Notes under the pieces: generated by a model | Told to the model about the DNA's origin: nothing | Databases searched by the model: none | What the model saw: only the letters and a program-made list of their open reading frames with translations | From: a virus | Taxonomy: Duplodnaviria; Caudoviricetes | Reading direction: 5' to 3' (one strand) | Virus record (IMG/VR): IMGVR_UViG_3300010163_000002 | Coordinates: 32,001 to 96,000 of that record | DNA: 64,000 nt | Program-made: the position numbers and the translations under genes | In this document: positions 39,699 through 49,542 of the stretch, piece by piece | Layout of the letters: every line of letters begins with the position of its first letter | How positions within the stretch are numbered: the first letter of the stretch is position 1

Positions 39699-40319
39699 TT
39701 AATTACCATGATATAAATCTATATAAGCTATATAAGTAATCATGTTAAATTTTTTCTTATCTATTCTAAATTTAACTACAAATATATTTTCATTGGGTTT
39801 GCTGTATAAAGTCATAAATAATTTATCCGCCTTGGTTATTGGAAGGATTGATGGAAATATTGTAATCAATTTTCCATTAAAATCTGTAATCAACCCGCCG
39901 CTAGATTTATTCATATTGTAAATTTTATCTCTTATTACATCAGACTGTACTTCCGGAGAACAATTATAAGTATCTATATTCTGTGCTATTTGTATTTTAT
40001 TCATCGCCAGTGATAATATAGAATGATCATATCCTATATTTAGTTCCCCTCCAGCAACTGTCTTTATAGTATCGCCAAGATTAAACTCAAATTCTGATTC
40101 TAATGATATAGTTTTCACAAATGCCGATAGCGCCCTCGTATTGATGAGAGCGCCAACAGCATAGCACTTTATAAAATTACTATCTAAAATGATATAAGAT
40201 AATACATCTTTTATATTATCTACTCCTATCATCATATTTTTAACTAGTATAAAGTCTTTACGTTTAAAAGCTTTTGCAGCTTCATTAAGATATACTAATT
40301 CAGCCGTTGTTAATTTCAT
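39699..40319 (-). CDS. Hypothetical protein coupled to DNA polymerase N-part; possible clamp-like accessory
   Basis: 206-aa alpha/beta protein overlapping the polymerase gene end; MKLT..L..L N-terminus only weakly like T4 gp45. Confidence 0.3.
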   Translation of the reverse strand: MKLTTAELVYLNEAAKAFKRKDFILVKNMMIGVDNIKDVLSYIILDSNFIKCYAVGALINTRALSAFVKTISLESEFEFNLGDTIKTVAGGELNIGYDHSILSLAMNKIQIAQNIDTYNCSPEVQSDVIRDKIYNMNKSSGGLITDFNGKLITIFPSILPITKADKLFMTLYSKPNENIFVVKFRIDKKKFNMITYIAYIDLYHGN

Positions 40320-42219
40320 ATTTAGGCATCCTTTCTTGTATAATACACATATTTTTAAGTTGAGTATTATTTATTATGCTACACATTGTACGTTGTGAAT
40401 TCTGCGGAATAACATTACACATAATTCTAAGACCGCTAATTGGATCATAAGAATATAAACCTCTCGCTGGAGCTTTAACTTTAGTAAAGTAATGTATAAT
40501 ATCATTATACATATCTTCATATCCTGCAAGATTAAAATATCTTTCGCAGAAGTTAAGTCTATCACGACATACAAAATCTTCAATAAACCATACAGATCTA
40601 TCAAAATACGGATTATTAAATCTATTTTCTTTAAGATCAATAATTTCAGGAAATATTACTTTTCCTCTTTGAGTATTTGGAGCCATATTGTTTTCATCTA
40701 CTATGGAGGGGTACAATGCTTTGTAATCGAAATCGTCTAAATTATCGCATACTAAAATGGCTCTATCATTTATCTTTATTTTAGGTTTATCACTAACCAG
40801 CACAGGATCTGCTACAAATGCTCCGGCAAATCCTACTTTCTCGTTACTTTTGTTTATATTATTTCCAAGGACGTATCCATATTCCCCAAAGTCCTTTGAT
40901 CCACGATTAACAAGGTAAGTTGTTTGTCTATGAACTTTAGCATATCTTGTATTTGTATTCATTGACTTTGAATATACAAAATCTATATCTCCAACCTTAT
41001 GTTCTACACATAGCTGAACTATAGTATCCATTACGTTATAAAATACAAATACTAAATAATTTAAATATGGTAGTTTGGCAAGCTGAGTTGTTATATGTGA
41101 ATAATCAAGCTTTCTTACCCCTGCAAATAATCCGCCAATATAATCAAGTTTGAATGATGCTACCGCTCTTTGACCTTTACGACGAGATGCAAATGTAATC
41201 AACTGATCAAGATATACTGTATAACATGATGCTTGAGCGTAGTCTCCTCTTTCTTCAAATTTATCAGCTCTTTTATCAATATAATAATAGCACTCTTTAA
41301 CCTTAAAATCCGAATGGCAAATTATGTCTTTAGGATCGTATCCTAAATTAATTATTCTTTGAATTAAATATGGTAAGTCGAATGCGATGTTCCATGCTAT
41401 TGCGAAATCGGGTTTCACTGTATTAATTACATTGAATGCATCATGAATTAATTTTATTTCATCATCATAAAATATAATCTGATACTGAAATTCATGTAAA
41501 CCATATCTATGCTCATTCTTCCATCCACCAACATTTTCCTGAACAAACTTCTTTAATCTTTCAGGGATGCCGTTCATATGTTTGAATTCATCTATTAAGG
41601 GATTACTATCGTTCTCCAATAATAAAGTATAAATTCTTTTATTCGCTTCATCTACTAAAGTTATTGCATTTACTGGGCACTCTCCTGGCTCGGGGAAATC
41701 TCCTTTCATGTCAATAATGTCAGTCTCTATATCGAAATATAATTTTGTTGGTTTGAATTGTTCATTCCTATATAATCGCGCAAACTCTTTTCTATAATAA
41801 TCCTCAATATGCATATCTGCAGCAAATACAGATTTAATTTTAAACAATTCATCGTTTGCTCTTGCATTACCATTTCTAAGATTGTCAAAAAAGAATTCAA
41901 GGCAACCAGTTTTTTCAGCAATATCTTTCTTTAAATTATTATACTTACAAGTTACTGGATGAACATATTTTTTCTCTATGCATAATTGATTATATTCTGC
42001 AGGAACCCCTTCATTAAGCATATAATAAGTATATTCTGGCTCATCTATATGCTGAACTTTCTTTTCCATAGTATCCATATCTTTATATATAATATCAATA
42101 CTATCTTTACCATATTTCCCTGTTGCAAGATCTTTTTGTGGTTTATGATATATTACGTTTAGTAGCGAAATATTGTCTCCAATATTATAGCCTTTAATAA
42201 AGGACTTATCAGTATTCAT
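40300..42219 (-). CDS. Family B DNA polymerase, N-terminal part (3'-5' exonuclease plus motif A)
   Basis: ExoI FDIETD, ExoII WNIAFDLPY, ExoIII YNVMD, motif A DFDYKALYPSI..ENN.AP.T; GGAGG RBS before MNTDKS. Confidence 0.88.
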   Translation of the reverse strand: MNTDKSFIKGYNIGDNISLLNVIYHKPQKDLATGKYGKDSIDIIYKDMDTMEKKVQHIDEPEYTYYMLNEGVPAEYNQLCIEKKYVHPVTCKYNNLKKDIAEKTGCLEFFFDNLRNGNARANDELFKIKSVFAADMHIEDYYRKEFARLYRNEQFKPTKLYFDIETDIIDMKGDFPEPGECPVNAITLVDEANKRIYTLLLENDSNPLIDEFKHMNGIPERLKKFVQENVGGWKNEHRYGLHEFQYQIIFYDDEIKLIHDAFNVINTVKPDFAIAWNIAFDLPYLIQRIINLGYDPKDIICHSDFKVKECYYYIDKRADKFEERGDYAQASCYTVYLDQLITFASRRKGQRAVASFKLDYIGGLFAGVRKLDYSHITTQLAKLPYLNYLVFVFYNVMDTIVQLCVEHKVGDIDFVYSKSMNTNTRYAKVHRQTTYLVNRGSKDFGEYGYVLGNNINKSNEKVGFAGAFVADPVLVSDKPKIKINDRAILVCDNLDDFDYKALYPSIVDENNMAPNTQRGKVIFPEIIDLKENRFNNPYFDRSVWFIEDFVCRDRLNFCERYFNLAGYEDMYNDIIHYFTKVKAPARGLYSYDPISGLRIMCNVIPQNSQRTMCSIINNTQLKNMCIIQERMPKYEINNG

Positions 42220-42288
42220 GCATTTTACCTCCTTTAACATTATTTCATTGTGCACTGCTTTATATAGTTTTACCAATCAACACAAATC

Positions 42289-42506
42289 AACATCTTAGTA
42301 AATGACTAAATAGCGATACCCTATAAGATGTTTAGTCATTTAATGCCATCTTGTAAAACGAACTTTGTGTGTTGTGACTGTATGGCCTTCCGTTGTTTTA
42401 TTTCGCTGGTATGTTTTTCATTCTGTATCCTCCGATATAGATAGATGCTGTAAATGTACGTGACTCCCGGAGCTGTAGGGTGGCTCCGGGGGTATATTTT
42501 GTTTTT
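42289..42506 (+). ncRNA. Candidate late non-coding RNA of about 200 nt
   Basis: Late promoter AACATCTTAGTAA (42289-42301), 5' hairpin (42301-42340), U-rich body with CCUCC, terminator ctcccggagc/gctccggggg plus T tract; the next gene has its own promoter at 42515-42527. Confidence 0.4.
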
Positions 42507-42572
42507 AGACCTCAAACAAATATGTAATTAATGATACATGTTAAAATTTTTATTTTAAGGAGGATTAAACGT

Positions 42573-43493
42573 ATGGCTCTTCTTAACATTAATAAATTTG
42601 TTAAAGGTTCTGATGATTATGTAGATCACAGCCTCGAACAAAATGCTACGCCTGTTGTTGAAACTATCGATGAAACAAAAAAGAAAAGAACAAGAAAAAA
42701 GAATGAAGTAGTTCCTAGCGCACCAGCTCCTGTTGTACCACAATCAAGCATGTCTTATATTCAGGAAAATATTCCTTATGCTGGAGCTTATGCAGAAACC
42801 ACAAAACAATTAGATGAGACAATTGCCCAACTTAATATATTAGGATCTGATATTGTAACAGACCTCAATATGGTTAGAGCCAATAAAACCATGCGTAATA
42901 AGTATGGTATTATTAATGATATGACTCAGACAGCAGCATCCATTTTGAATGGTAAAATTGCTGCGATTAAAGAAAAGAATTCGACCATTAATACAATTAA
43001 CAAACTCGAACTCGATAGAGTTAAGCAGCTTAAAATTAGTGCATCTGAAGAGGATGATAACACAAAAATTGCAAATCTATATAATGCATTTATTAACACC
43101 CCTGTTGGCGCTGGGCCAGGATTACTTGCTCCGCCAATGCAGGATATTATCGCAGCCGGCCCTTCAGGACCTAATATGCCTGTAGTGTCTCTCGGATCTG
43201 ATCAGCAAGCATGGGAGGCTAGTCTTGATCCCGCTCAGAATCGTATGGTTCTTGAGGCAAAAGGCGCTATAGAAACAATAGTTGTATATGATGAAGCAAC
43301 AGGAAACAGATGGTTTGATGTGGTTGATAAAATCACAAGACAATCTGTGCCAAATGTAGAAAAACCTGATAATTCTTATATCTATGATTTGGATATAAAT
43401 ATCAGGGGTGGATTCGCTAAGGATTCTAATCGTGGGGTAACATATCCATTAGTTGTAATTAATAATGGGGACCAGAGCATTATGCAATATTAA
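42573..43493 (+). CDS. Hypothetical protein (coiled-coil plus small beta C-terminal domain)
   Basis: AGGAGG RBS before MALLN; late-type promoter at 42515-42527. Confidence 0.65.
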   Translation: MALLNINKFVKGSDDYVDHSLEQNATPVVETIDETKKKRTRKKNEVVPSAPAPVVPQSSMSYIQENIPYAGAYAETTKQLDETIAQLNILGSDIVTDLNMVRANKTMRNKYGIINDMTQTAASILNGKIAAIKEKNSTINTINKLELDRVKQLKISASEEDDNTKIANLYNAFINTPVGAGPGLLAPPMQDIIAAGPSGPNMPVVSLGSDQQAWEASLDPAQNRMVLEAKGAIETIVVYDEATGNRWFDVVDKITRQSVPNVEKPDNSYIYDLDINIRGGFAKDSNRGVTYPLVVINNGDQSIMQY

Positions 43494-43533
43494 AAGATTG
43501 CCCTGAGGGATTACTCCCTCAGGGATACATTTG

Positions 43534-44163
43534 TTAATATACAAAATATCTACACTTTAATTCTGCATACATTCGTGAAGAATCTTCATATAAATCATTT
43601 ATAGAGTGAATTAATATGTAATCCAAAGTATCAATACTATCTATCATTGCAGCATCTAACTTACCAACAGCATAACTTCCTACACGGGTAGATGAAGTCC
43701 ATACGAAATAATAAAATAGATCATCCTTTCCCAGTATCATCATATCATTTGGTATATGGGAAAGATAAACAGCGCCATCTTTTTGTATTTCATATTTAAT
43801 TGAATTTACGTATGCTGCCCAACTAAGTTTTGGAGCTGTATCGCTAATAAGATAGCATTTGTGTATAGTCATATCATTTAGCATTTGTATAGCTATATCA
43901 GACACGCTTCTAATGAAATATGTATTTATTGGTATTCTATTTAATCTCTCTGTTTGATTAGGAATGCGTTCAAATTCAAACAAATCCAATATTGAATATT
44001 CATCTTTATTCGAATCATTATATAAAGAAAAATTTTTTAAATCCAATGTTGCCATAGATAATAATGTCATTATATCATATTCAGAATTATTTTGACAACG
44101 CGATAATGCGTATTCTAATAATCGTCTTGCACTATTGTCATTAAATTTTTCAAATTCTCCCAT
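43534..44163 (-). CDS. Hypothetical protein
   Basis: 209-aa ORF; terminator hairpin at about 43501-43524. Confidence 0.6.
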   Translation of the reverse strand: MGEFEKFNDNSARRLLEYALSRCQNNSEYDIMTLLSMATLDLKNFSLYNDSNKDEYSILDLFEFERIPNQTERLNRIPINTYFIRSVSDIAIQMLNDMTIHKCYLISDTAPKLSWAAYVNSIKYEIQKDGAVYLSHIPNDMMILGKDDLFYYFVWTSSTRVGSYAVGKLDAAMIDSIDTLDYILIHSINDLYEDSSRMYAELKCRYFVY

Positions 44164-44164
44164 C

Positions 44165-44536
44165 TTAAATTTTCCTTTCTTGTAAATTTGCTATTTGTCT
44201 TGCTATAATAGATGCCTCGTTGTACTGTTTGAGAAGTATATGAGTTCGAAAAGCATCATATAAACCATCTGCCATCAAATTCGCACATAAATTTTCCTCA
44301 TTATACCATTCTAATGGGCAATATATACATATGCCAGCGTACTTATGCGCCATAAATAGCGCATATTCGCAGCAAAAGCAGTGGTTATTTATTGGTTCGT
44401 CTAATTTTCTTATATTGGTCAGATATCTCATTTTAATCTCAACAGCAAATTCTGGCCTTATCTCTTCTATATTATCAGCAATCCAATTCCACATTTTTCT
44501 GTGTTCTTCGATAGCCTGTTCTCTGGTTAATTCCAT
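44165..44536 (-). CDS. Cys-rich repeat-family protein, copy 5
   Basis: MELTREQAIEEHRKMWNWIA...CFCCEY...CIYCP; first 57 nt identical (inverted) to 21903-21959. Confidence 0.75.
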   Translation of the reverse strand: MELTREQAIEEHRKMWNWIADNIEEIRPEFAVEIKMRYLTNIRKLDEPINNHCFCCEYALFMAHKYAGICIYCPLEWYNEENLCANLMADGLYDAFRTHILLKQYNEASIIARQIANLQERKI

Positions 44537-44630
44537 ATTAATATTCCTCCTTTATTCTTTTGCAATCTTATCTAGCCACTCCATCTAGTAGAAAGTTTAC
44601 TAAACAGATTAACTGGCTTAATACAATAGT

Positions 44631-47324
44631 TTAAAATTTCCATATTATATTACCCCCATATACAGTATTAGCACCATCTTTTAAAATAATAAGATCTGCC
44701 ATTTCTGTAGTAAGCTCGCTGTTATGCGATATCATAAAGCATTGTTCACACTGTAAGATAGCCATAATCCTATCTATTAATGTTAGGAAGTAAGACCTAT
44801 TAAATGCGTCAAGAGATTCATCCATCTCATCAAGCGATATTATATTGTATTTAGTTGCAGATTGATGAAGAATTGCATATGACAATATCATACTTATCAT
44901 AGACTTCTGTGCTGTTGACATAGAACTTATATCATCATGCATTAATCCAGAACCCAAACAAGGAATTCTAAATTCTTGTTCATTTATAACAAATGGCTGC
45001 AATACAAATTCTCCGTCAAATAGTAAAGACAATAACTCATTTGCTGTAGATATTATCTTATTCATATATAATTGCATGTATAAAGTCTGAATACCTGTAG
45101 ATGATGAAGAATAGTATCGTATCTTTTCAATCTTAGTATATTTATCATTATACTCTGCTAATTCAACTTTATAATCAGCAAGTAATATTAATGAATGCTT
45201 TATTTTGTTTCTTTCTTCATTTAACGTATTAATATCGTTTTCAACAGCATTCATGTTAGTATTTAATTTGGCCAAATTATCCTCAAGTGTATTTAACTCA
45301 GAAGTGTTGTTCTCTAACGTTGTTTTTACCTTAGATAATTCAGCTTGTTTTTGCTCAGAAGGAATCAATGAGTCATTTATCTTAAGGTATAGATCCCTAA
45401 CTTTAGAAATGGTAGTTTCGAGTGATATTATAGATTTAGATGTTTCATCTATATCCATATTTGTAGATTCTATTTCTGATGACACAGAATCTATTTTTCC
45501 AGATATTTTGTTTATATCATCAATTATAGAATCTATTATTTCGCCCTGGGTTTCATATATTTTATACTCAATCTGATATGTATGAAGATGATCTATAGCA
45601 ATTTTATATTCTTCAATCATGTTTCCACAATCTACAAATTTATATAATTCATCTATATCATCAAAACTATCCATTTGAGTTATTCTATATAAAAACGTTT
45701 GAGCAAAATCTTTTCTTACTGGTAATTTATTTATAAATGCTATTTTAGAATTTAACTCTCTTTCTATATTTTTTATACAAGATAATATATCCCCATACAG
45801 CGTATATTTATCTATAGTACTATCTATACCACATATATCTGCATTATATTGTGATATCGCTTCTTCTAATTTACGCATTTCATCTTCTGGATATTGGGTA
45901 TTTGCTTTAATTGCAGACTCTATATAAGGGCAAGAATCTATAGTGCATCCCAATGGTCTATTAACTAATTCTGATGCTATCTCTCTCTTTGCTCTAAATA
46001 TATTATATCTTTCATTAAGAGCAATTTCTTCAGATCTAAGTCTAGATAACTCATCTTTCATAGATGGAATTAATCTTATCTTATCTACAACTGCATTTGT
46101 ATTATTGATTACTTCATTTATATCTTCTATAGAATATGAACTTAAAATGTTATAAGCCATATCTTTAAGATATTTCAACGATTCCATTGCTGAATCAAAT
46201 TCTGCCCTGGATATAATATTTATATTTGATAATCTCATTTGCTTAAACACCGCCTCGTGTTCAGCAATAGTATTACTAAGTTCAGCAATCATTCTTTTTA
46301 ATTCTGTAAAATCGTAATCAGACTGAAGAGAATTTAACTTGGCTTGCTTTGATTGCAATTCTTTAACATCATACTCCCTTTCAGATAATAATACAGGAAT
46401 CTTGGATTTTAACGAGTCTAATTTATTATTTAAAGATATTAGTTGTTGTTCTAATGAATCTAGAAATGGCTTAACGTATTCTACTCCATTAATGCCGTAT
46501 TTGTTCATTTGTCCATATACAGAATTTTTTAAAATTTTTACAGTACCGTTAACATCTTTAAGATCTGATACTATTTGGTCATAATTATTATCTCTCAATA
46601 TATTTATATAGTCAGATATTCTAACCTTTACTGCAGCTATTGCTTCTATAGTCTGATTTTTTTCTTCTTCAAGTTTCTTTAATCTAGATTCAATATTACC
46701 AAGTTTAGCGTTAAGCTGTACTTCATTTCCCAAATAATCAATCTTGTATGTAAGAGAGTTGATTAATGATTTAAAAGTAGATGCTTTTTTGGTAAGATTC
46801 TTATAAATGGCATTATAAGTTTCCAGATTATGTATTATTGAATTAACCAACTTCTTACGTTCTGCAGGTTTGGAATCAACCAAACCTTTATTTTCAGATG
46901 TAAGCTTAGACAATGACAAGTAATTAGAATCCAAATTAAATTCTTCAAATAAAATATCTCTACATGATGAAATATTACCATTCGGATTTAATTCTACTAA
47001 AGTACCATTTATTGTTTTGGATATATATCCCTTTGTTGTACCCCTACCGCTATTGGTTATGGGATGAATATACTTAATAACATAATCTATACCATTATTA
47101 CTTAAAACTACAGTTTTTCTTGCCTCTGCATTAGGAATAAAATTATCATTTGTATCTGGATTTGGACTTATGGCATTTAATAAAGTAGACTTACCAGATC
47201 CATTTTTACCTCTAATAATAACTTTATTTGTAACGCATTTTGTAAAATCTATATTAATCTGAGTTAATCCCATGCCATTATATATTCCGATATAATTACA
47301 CAATTCTATGGATTTATACCTCAT
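44631..47324 (-). CDS. SbcC/Rad50-like SMC ATPase
   Basis: Walker A GKNGSGKST, long coiled coils with central Cys hook (CTIDSCPY), signature MSTAQ, Walker B/D-loop ISLDEMDESLD, H-loop ISHN. Confidence 0.9.
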   Translation of the reverse strand: MRYKSIELCNYIGIYNGMGLTQINIDFTKCVTNKVIIRGKNGSGKSTLLNAISPNPDTNDNFIPNAEARKTVVLSNNGIDYVIKYIHPITNSGRGTTKGYISKTINGTLVELNPNGNISSCRDILFEEFNLDSNYLSLSKLTSENKGLVDSKPAERKKLVNSIIHNLETYNAIYKNLTKKASTFKSLINSLTYKIDYLGNEVQLNAKLGNIESRLKKLEEEKNQTIEAIAAVKVRISDYINILRDNNYDQIVSDLKDVNGTVKILKNSVYGQMNKYGINGVEYVKPFLDSLEQQLISLNNKLDSLKSKIPVLLSEREYDVKELQSKQAKLNSLQSDYDFTELKRMIAELSNTIAEHEAVFKQMRLSNINIISRAEFDSAMESLKYLKDMAYNILSSYSIEDINEVINNTNAVVDKIRLIPSMKDELSRLRSEEIALNERYNIFRAKREIASELVNRPLGCTIDSCPYIESAIKANTQYPEDEMRKLEEAISQYNADICGIDSTIDKYTLYGDILSCIKNIERELNSKIAFINKLPVRKDFAQTFLYRITQMDSFDDIDELYKFVDCGNMIEEYKIAIDHLHTYQIEYKIYETQGEIIDSIIDDINKISGKIDSVSSEIESTNMDIDETSKSIISLETTISKVRDLYLKINDSLIPSEQKQAELSKVKTTLENNTSELNTLEDNLAKLNTNMNAVENDINTLNEERNKIKHSLILLADYKVELAEYNDKYTKIEKIRYYSSSSTGIQTLYMQLYMNKIISTANELLSLLFDGEFVLQPFVINEQEFRIPCLGSGLMHDDISSMSTAQKSMISMILSYAILHQSATKYNIISLDEMDESLDAFNRSYFLTLIDRIMAILQCEQCFMISHNSELTTEMADLIILKDGANTVYGGNIIWKF

Positions 47325-47404
47325 AATATCACCTCATTAATTTATTATTCTTTATATCATTGTAAACTGTATTATATTATTGCAATATTTATAAGGCAGG
47401 AGAC

Positions 47405-47719
47405 TTAACTCCTGCCTTTGTTATTTTTGCTTAATCCATATCCAAACTGTTCTAATACTGCTTTATCAATTACAGGTATAGGGAAACCATTTCTCCAATC
47501 CATAATGAATTTTCTTCCACATCCCATACAAATCATATATTTTACTTCGTTTTGTAGTAATACATGTTTTATATCTCTTAACGAATGCCCGCTATCTATA
47601 AGGCCTTTATATCTTATACACGTATTGGAGTCATTTACAGCAAATGATAAAAGATCTCTACCACATTTCGGGCATATATATGGAGTAATTACAGTGCACA
47701 TTTCTTTCAATTCATTCAT
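47405..47719 (-). CDS. Zinc-ribbon protein
   Basis: CPKC...CMGC; N-terminal LKEMCTVI motif. Confidence 0.65.
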   Translation of the reverse strand: MNELKEMCTVITPYICPKCGRDLLSFAVNDSNTCIRYKGLIDSGHSLRDIKHVLLQNEVKYMICMGCGRKFIMDWRNGFPIPVIDKAVLEQFGYGLSKNNKGRS

Positions 47720-48548
47720 TTTTAGTTTCCATCCTGTTTATTTTAGCGCTGTTGTCTGTATACAGTGCGGTAATAATTTCAGAAAATAAAAGAGACTCTA
47801 TCCAATCATACACGCATTTCCATTCTTCTAATCCATCAGTATTGATAAACTGATAAATTTTAGCTAACTCTTCGTAAGTTATCATAATTGTTTGACGCTG
47901 TTCATAGCTATTAGGAATAAGTTGGATCGCGCCAAGCAAATATTTCTTTTCTAGCGTATTAAGATATTTCTTTCTGTAATAATTTAATAATTCAATGGTG
48001 TGTAATAGCATGTTATTAGAAGTTGTTTCAACACAATCTGTAAAAGTATTTCCCAAAATAATGGTTGCTTCATCGTCTATTAAATACTCATAACTAAAAT
48101 CTTTTAGCTCAAATTCCTTATTACGAATAATACGCTCTATGTTGCAAGGGCTAATAACTTTACCTACTTCATGTGCATTGAATTCATTCCACCAATATAA
48201 TGGCGCGGTAATATCTACATATACTACAATCATTTGTCTATATTTGTCGTATATGGATTTATCTTTAACTAACGATAGCATAAGATAATAATCGTTATAA
48301 CCAACCTTGAATGTTCTATCGAATTCATCCTTGCCACATGGTTTTATCCCATATCCATATTTTAAATCCATGTCTATCATTGCTTGATTTTTGGTTGGAT
48401 TTTTAAGAAGCGCGCAATGAGCGCACCCAATATGGTTGTCTCCTCCGCAATATCCACTATTTCCTTCATCCAAATTATTCATAGCGGTTCTTAATCCACG
48501 AATAGCATGCTCCCATCCAACTACTTCTGTATTTTCTAATTTAATCAT
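47712..48548 (-). CDS. Degenerate ThyX-like (flavin-dependent thymidylate synthase-related) phage protein
   Basis: MIK.ENTEV.GWEHAIRG.R, YVDITAPLYWW.EF, P.SY.Q..T....YE.L..IY match a phage ThyX-like family as recalled; STMH and R..H.L motifs are altered. Confidence 0.5.
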   Translation of the reverse strand: MIKLENTEVVGWEHAIRGLRTAMNNLDEGNSGYCGGDNHIGCAHCALLKNPTKNQAMIDMDLKYGYGIKPCGKDEFDRTFKVGYNDYYLMLSLVKDKSIYDKYRQMIVVYVDITAPLYWWNEFNAHEVGKVISPCNIERIIRNKEFELKDFSYEYLIDDEATIILGNTFTDCVETTSNNMLLHTIELLNYYRKKYLNTLEKKYLLGAIQLIPNSYEQRQTIMITYEELAKIYQFINTDGLEEWKCVYDWIESLLFSEIITALYTDNSAKINRMETKNE

Positions 48549-48559
48549 TTAAATACCTC

Positions 48560-49180
48560 TTATCGGATTCCGTATAATTGTAAGTCTATTCCTTTACTTA
48601 ATATTTCATTAATCGTATCAACACTCATATCGCTAACATCATTCTCATCAACGCGTTTAAACATATTGAGAATATGAATTGCTACTATAGCCTTATTCCA
48701 TCTTAGAGCATTCATTAATACACTACCCTGCAAAATGTTAGAGATATTGCATGTTGTCACATAAAATATTTCTACCAATTTCTTAATTGCATCATAATAT
48801 ACGGAATTACCCATCTGCCTGGCAAGTATAGATGCAGGATCATCTCCTTCAGGAACATTTTGTTTTATATTAAAATAATCTAAAAAGATTACGAATATAT
48901 CTGTGCCATTCATATGAATGAAATCATAAAATTCCAGCGTATCATTTCCAATACAATTAGTTGTAAATGTCACAATATATTCATCTTCTTTTAATATAAA
49001 ATCCAACTGTTTTGGTTTATTATTAGGATCAAATTTACATAAATTGTTCTGCAAAACTGAAATAATAATAGGGTCCATATCAGTGAATGCAGAATAATCA
49101 TTTTGTTTCTTCATTTTTAATGCAGATAAAAGATATCTATAAAAAGAGACTATCTCATTGTTTTCCATTTTAAGCATCAT
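48560..49180 (-). CDS. Hypothetical protein
   Basis: 206-aa ORF in operon. Confidence 0.6.
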   Translation of the reverse strand: MMLKMENNEIVSFYRYLLSALKMKKQNDYSAFTDMDPIIISVLQNNLCKFDPNNKPKQLDFILKEDEYIVTFTTNCIGNDTLEFYDFIHMNGTDIFVIFLDYFNIKQNVPEGDDPASILARQMGNSVYYDAIKKLVEIFYVTTCNISNILQGSVLMNALRWNKAIVAIHILNMFKRVDENDVSDMSVDTINEILSKGIDLQLYGIR

Positions 49181-49539
49181 TATTCATCTACCTCCATTGG
49201 ATTTTTAATATTAGCATCACTCAGATGCTGTTCAAAATATTCTTCTCCATATAATATACTTCTTAATTTTGTTAGCGGAATGAAACCATACGCTGTAGGC
49301 ATCATTCTAAAAATTGCATTGCAATTATTGCATATTCCAAGAGCATCATGATTCATGATTTTATAAGCAATAACCTCACCGTCCATATTAGTTAGATAAT
49401 TAGTTGTTTGTATTTCATTTACAATAAATTGTTTATGACCACATATAGGGCACGAGCCTATTGGCACCATTCTGCACATTTCTTTCAAAAAATAATCACC
49501 TCCAATTAAATAAGAACGGAGGGAATTCCCTCCGTTCAT
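49180..49539 (-). CDS. Zinc-ribbon protein
   Basis: CPIC...CNNC; LKEMCRMV motif just before the first CxxC, as in 47405-47719. Confidence 0.6.
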   Translation of the reverse strand: MNGGNSLRSYLIGGDYFLKEMCRMVPIGSCPICGHKQFIVNEIQTTNYLTNMDGEVIAYKIMNHDALGICNNCNAIFRMMPTAYGFIPLTKLRSILYGEEYFEQHLSDANIKNPMEVDE

Positions 49540-49542
49540 AAT

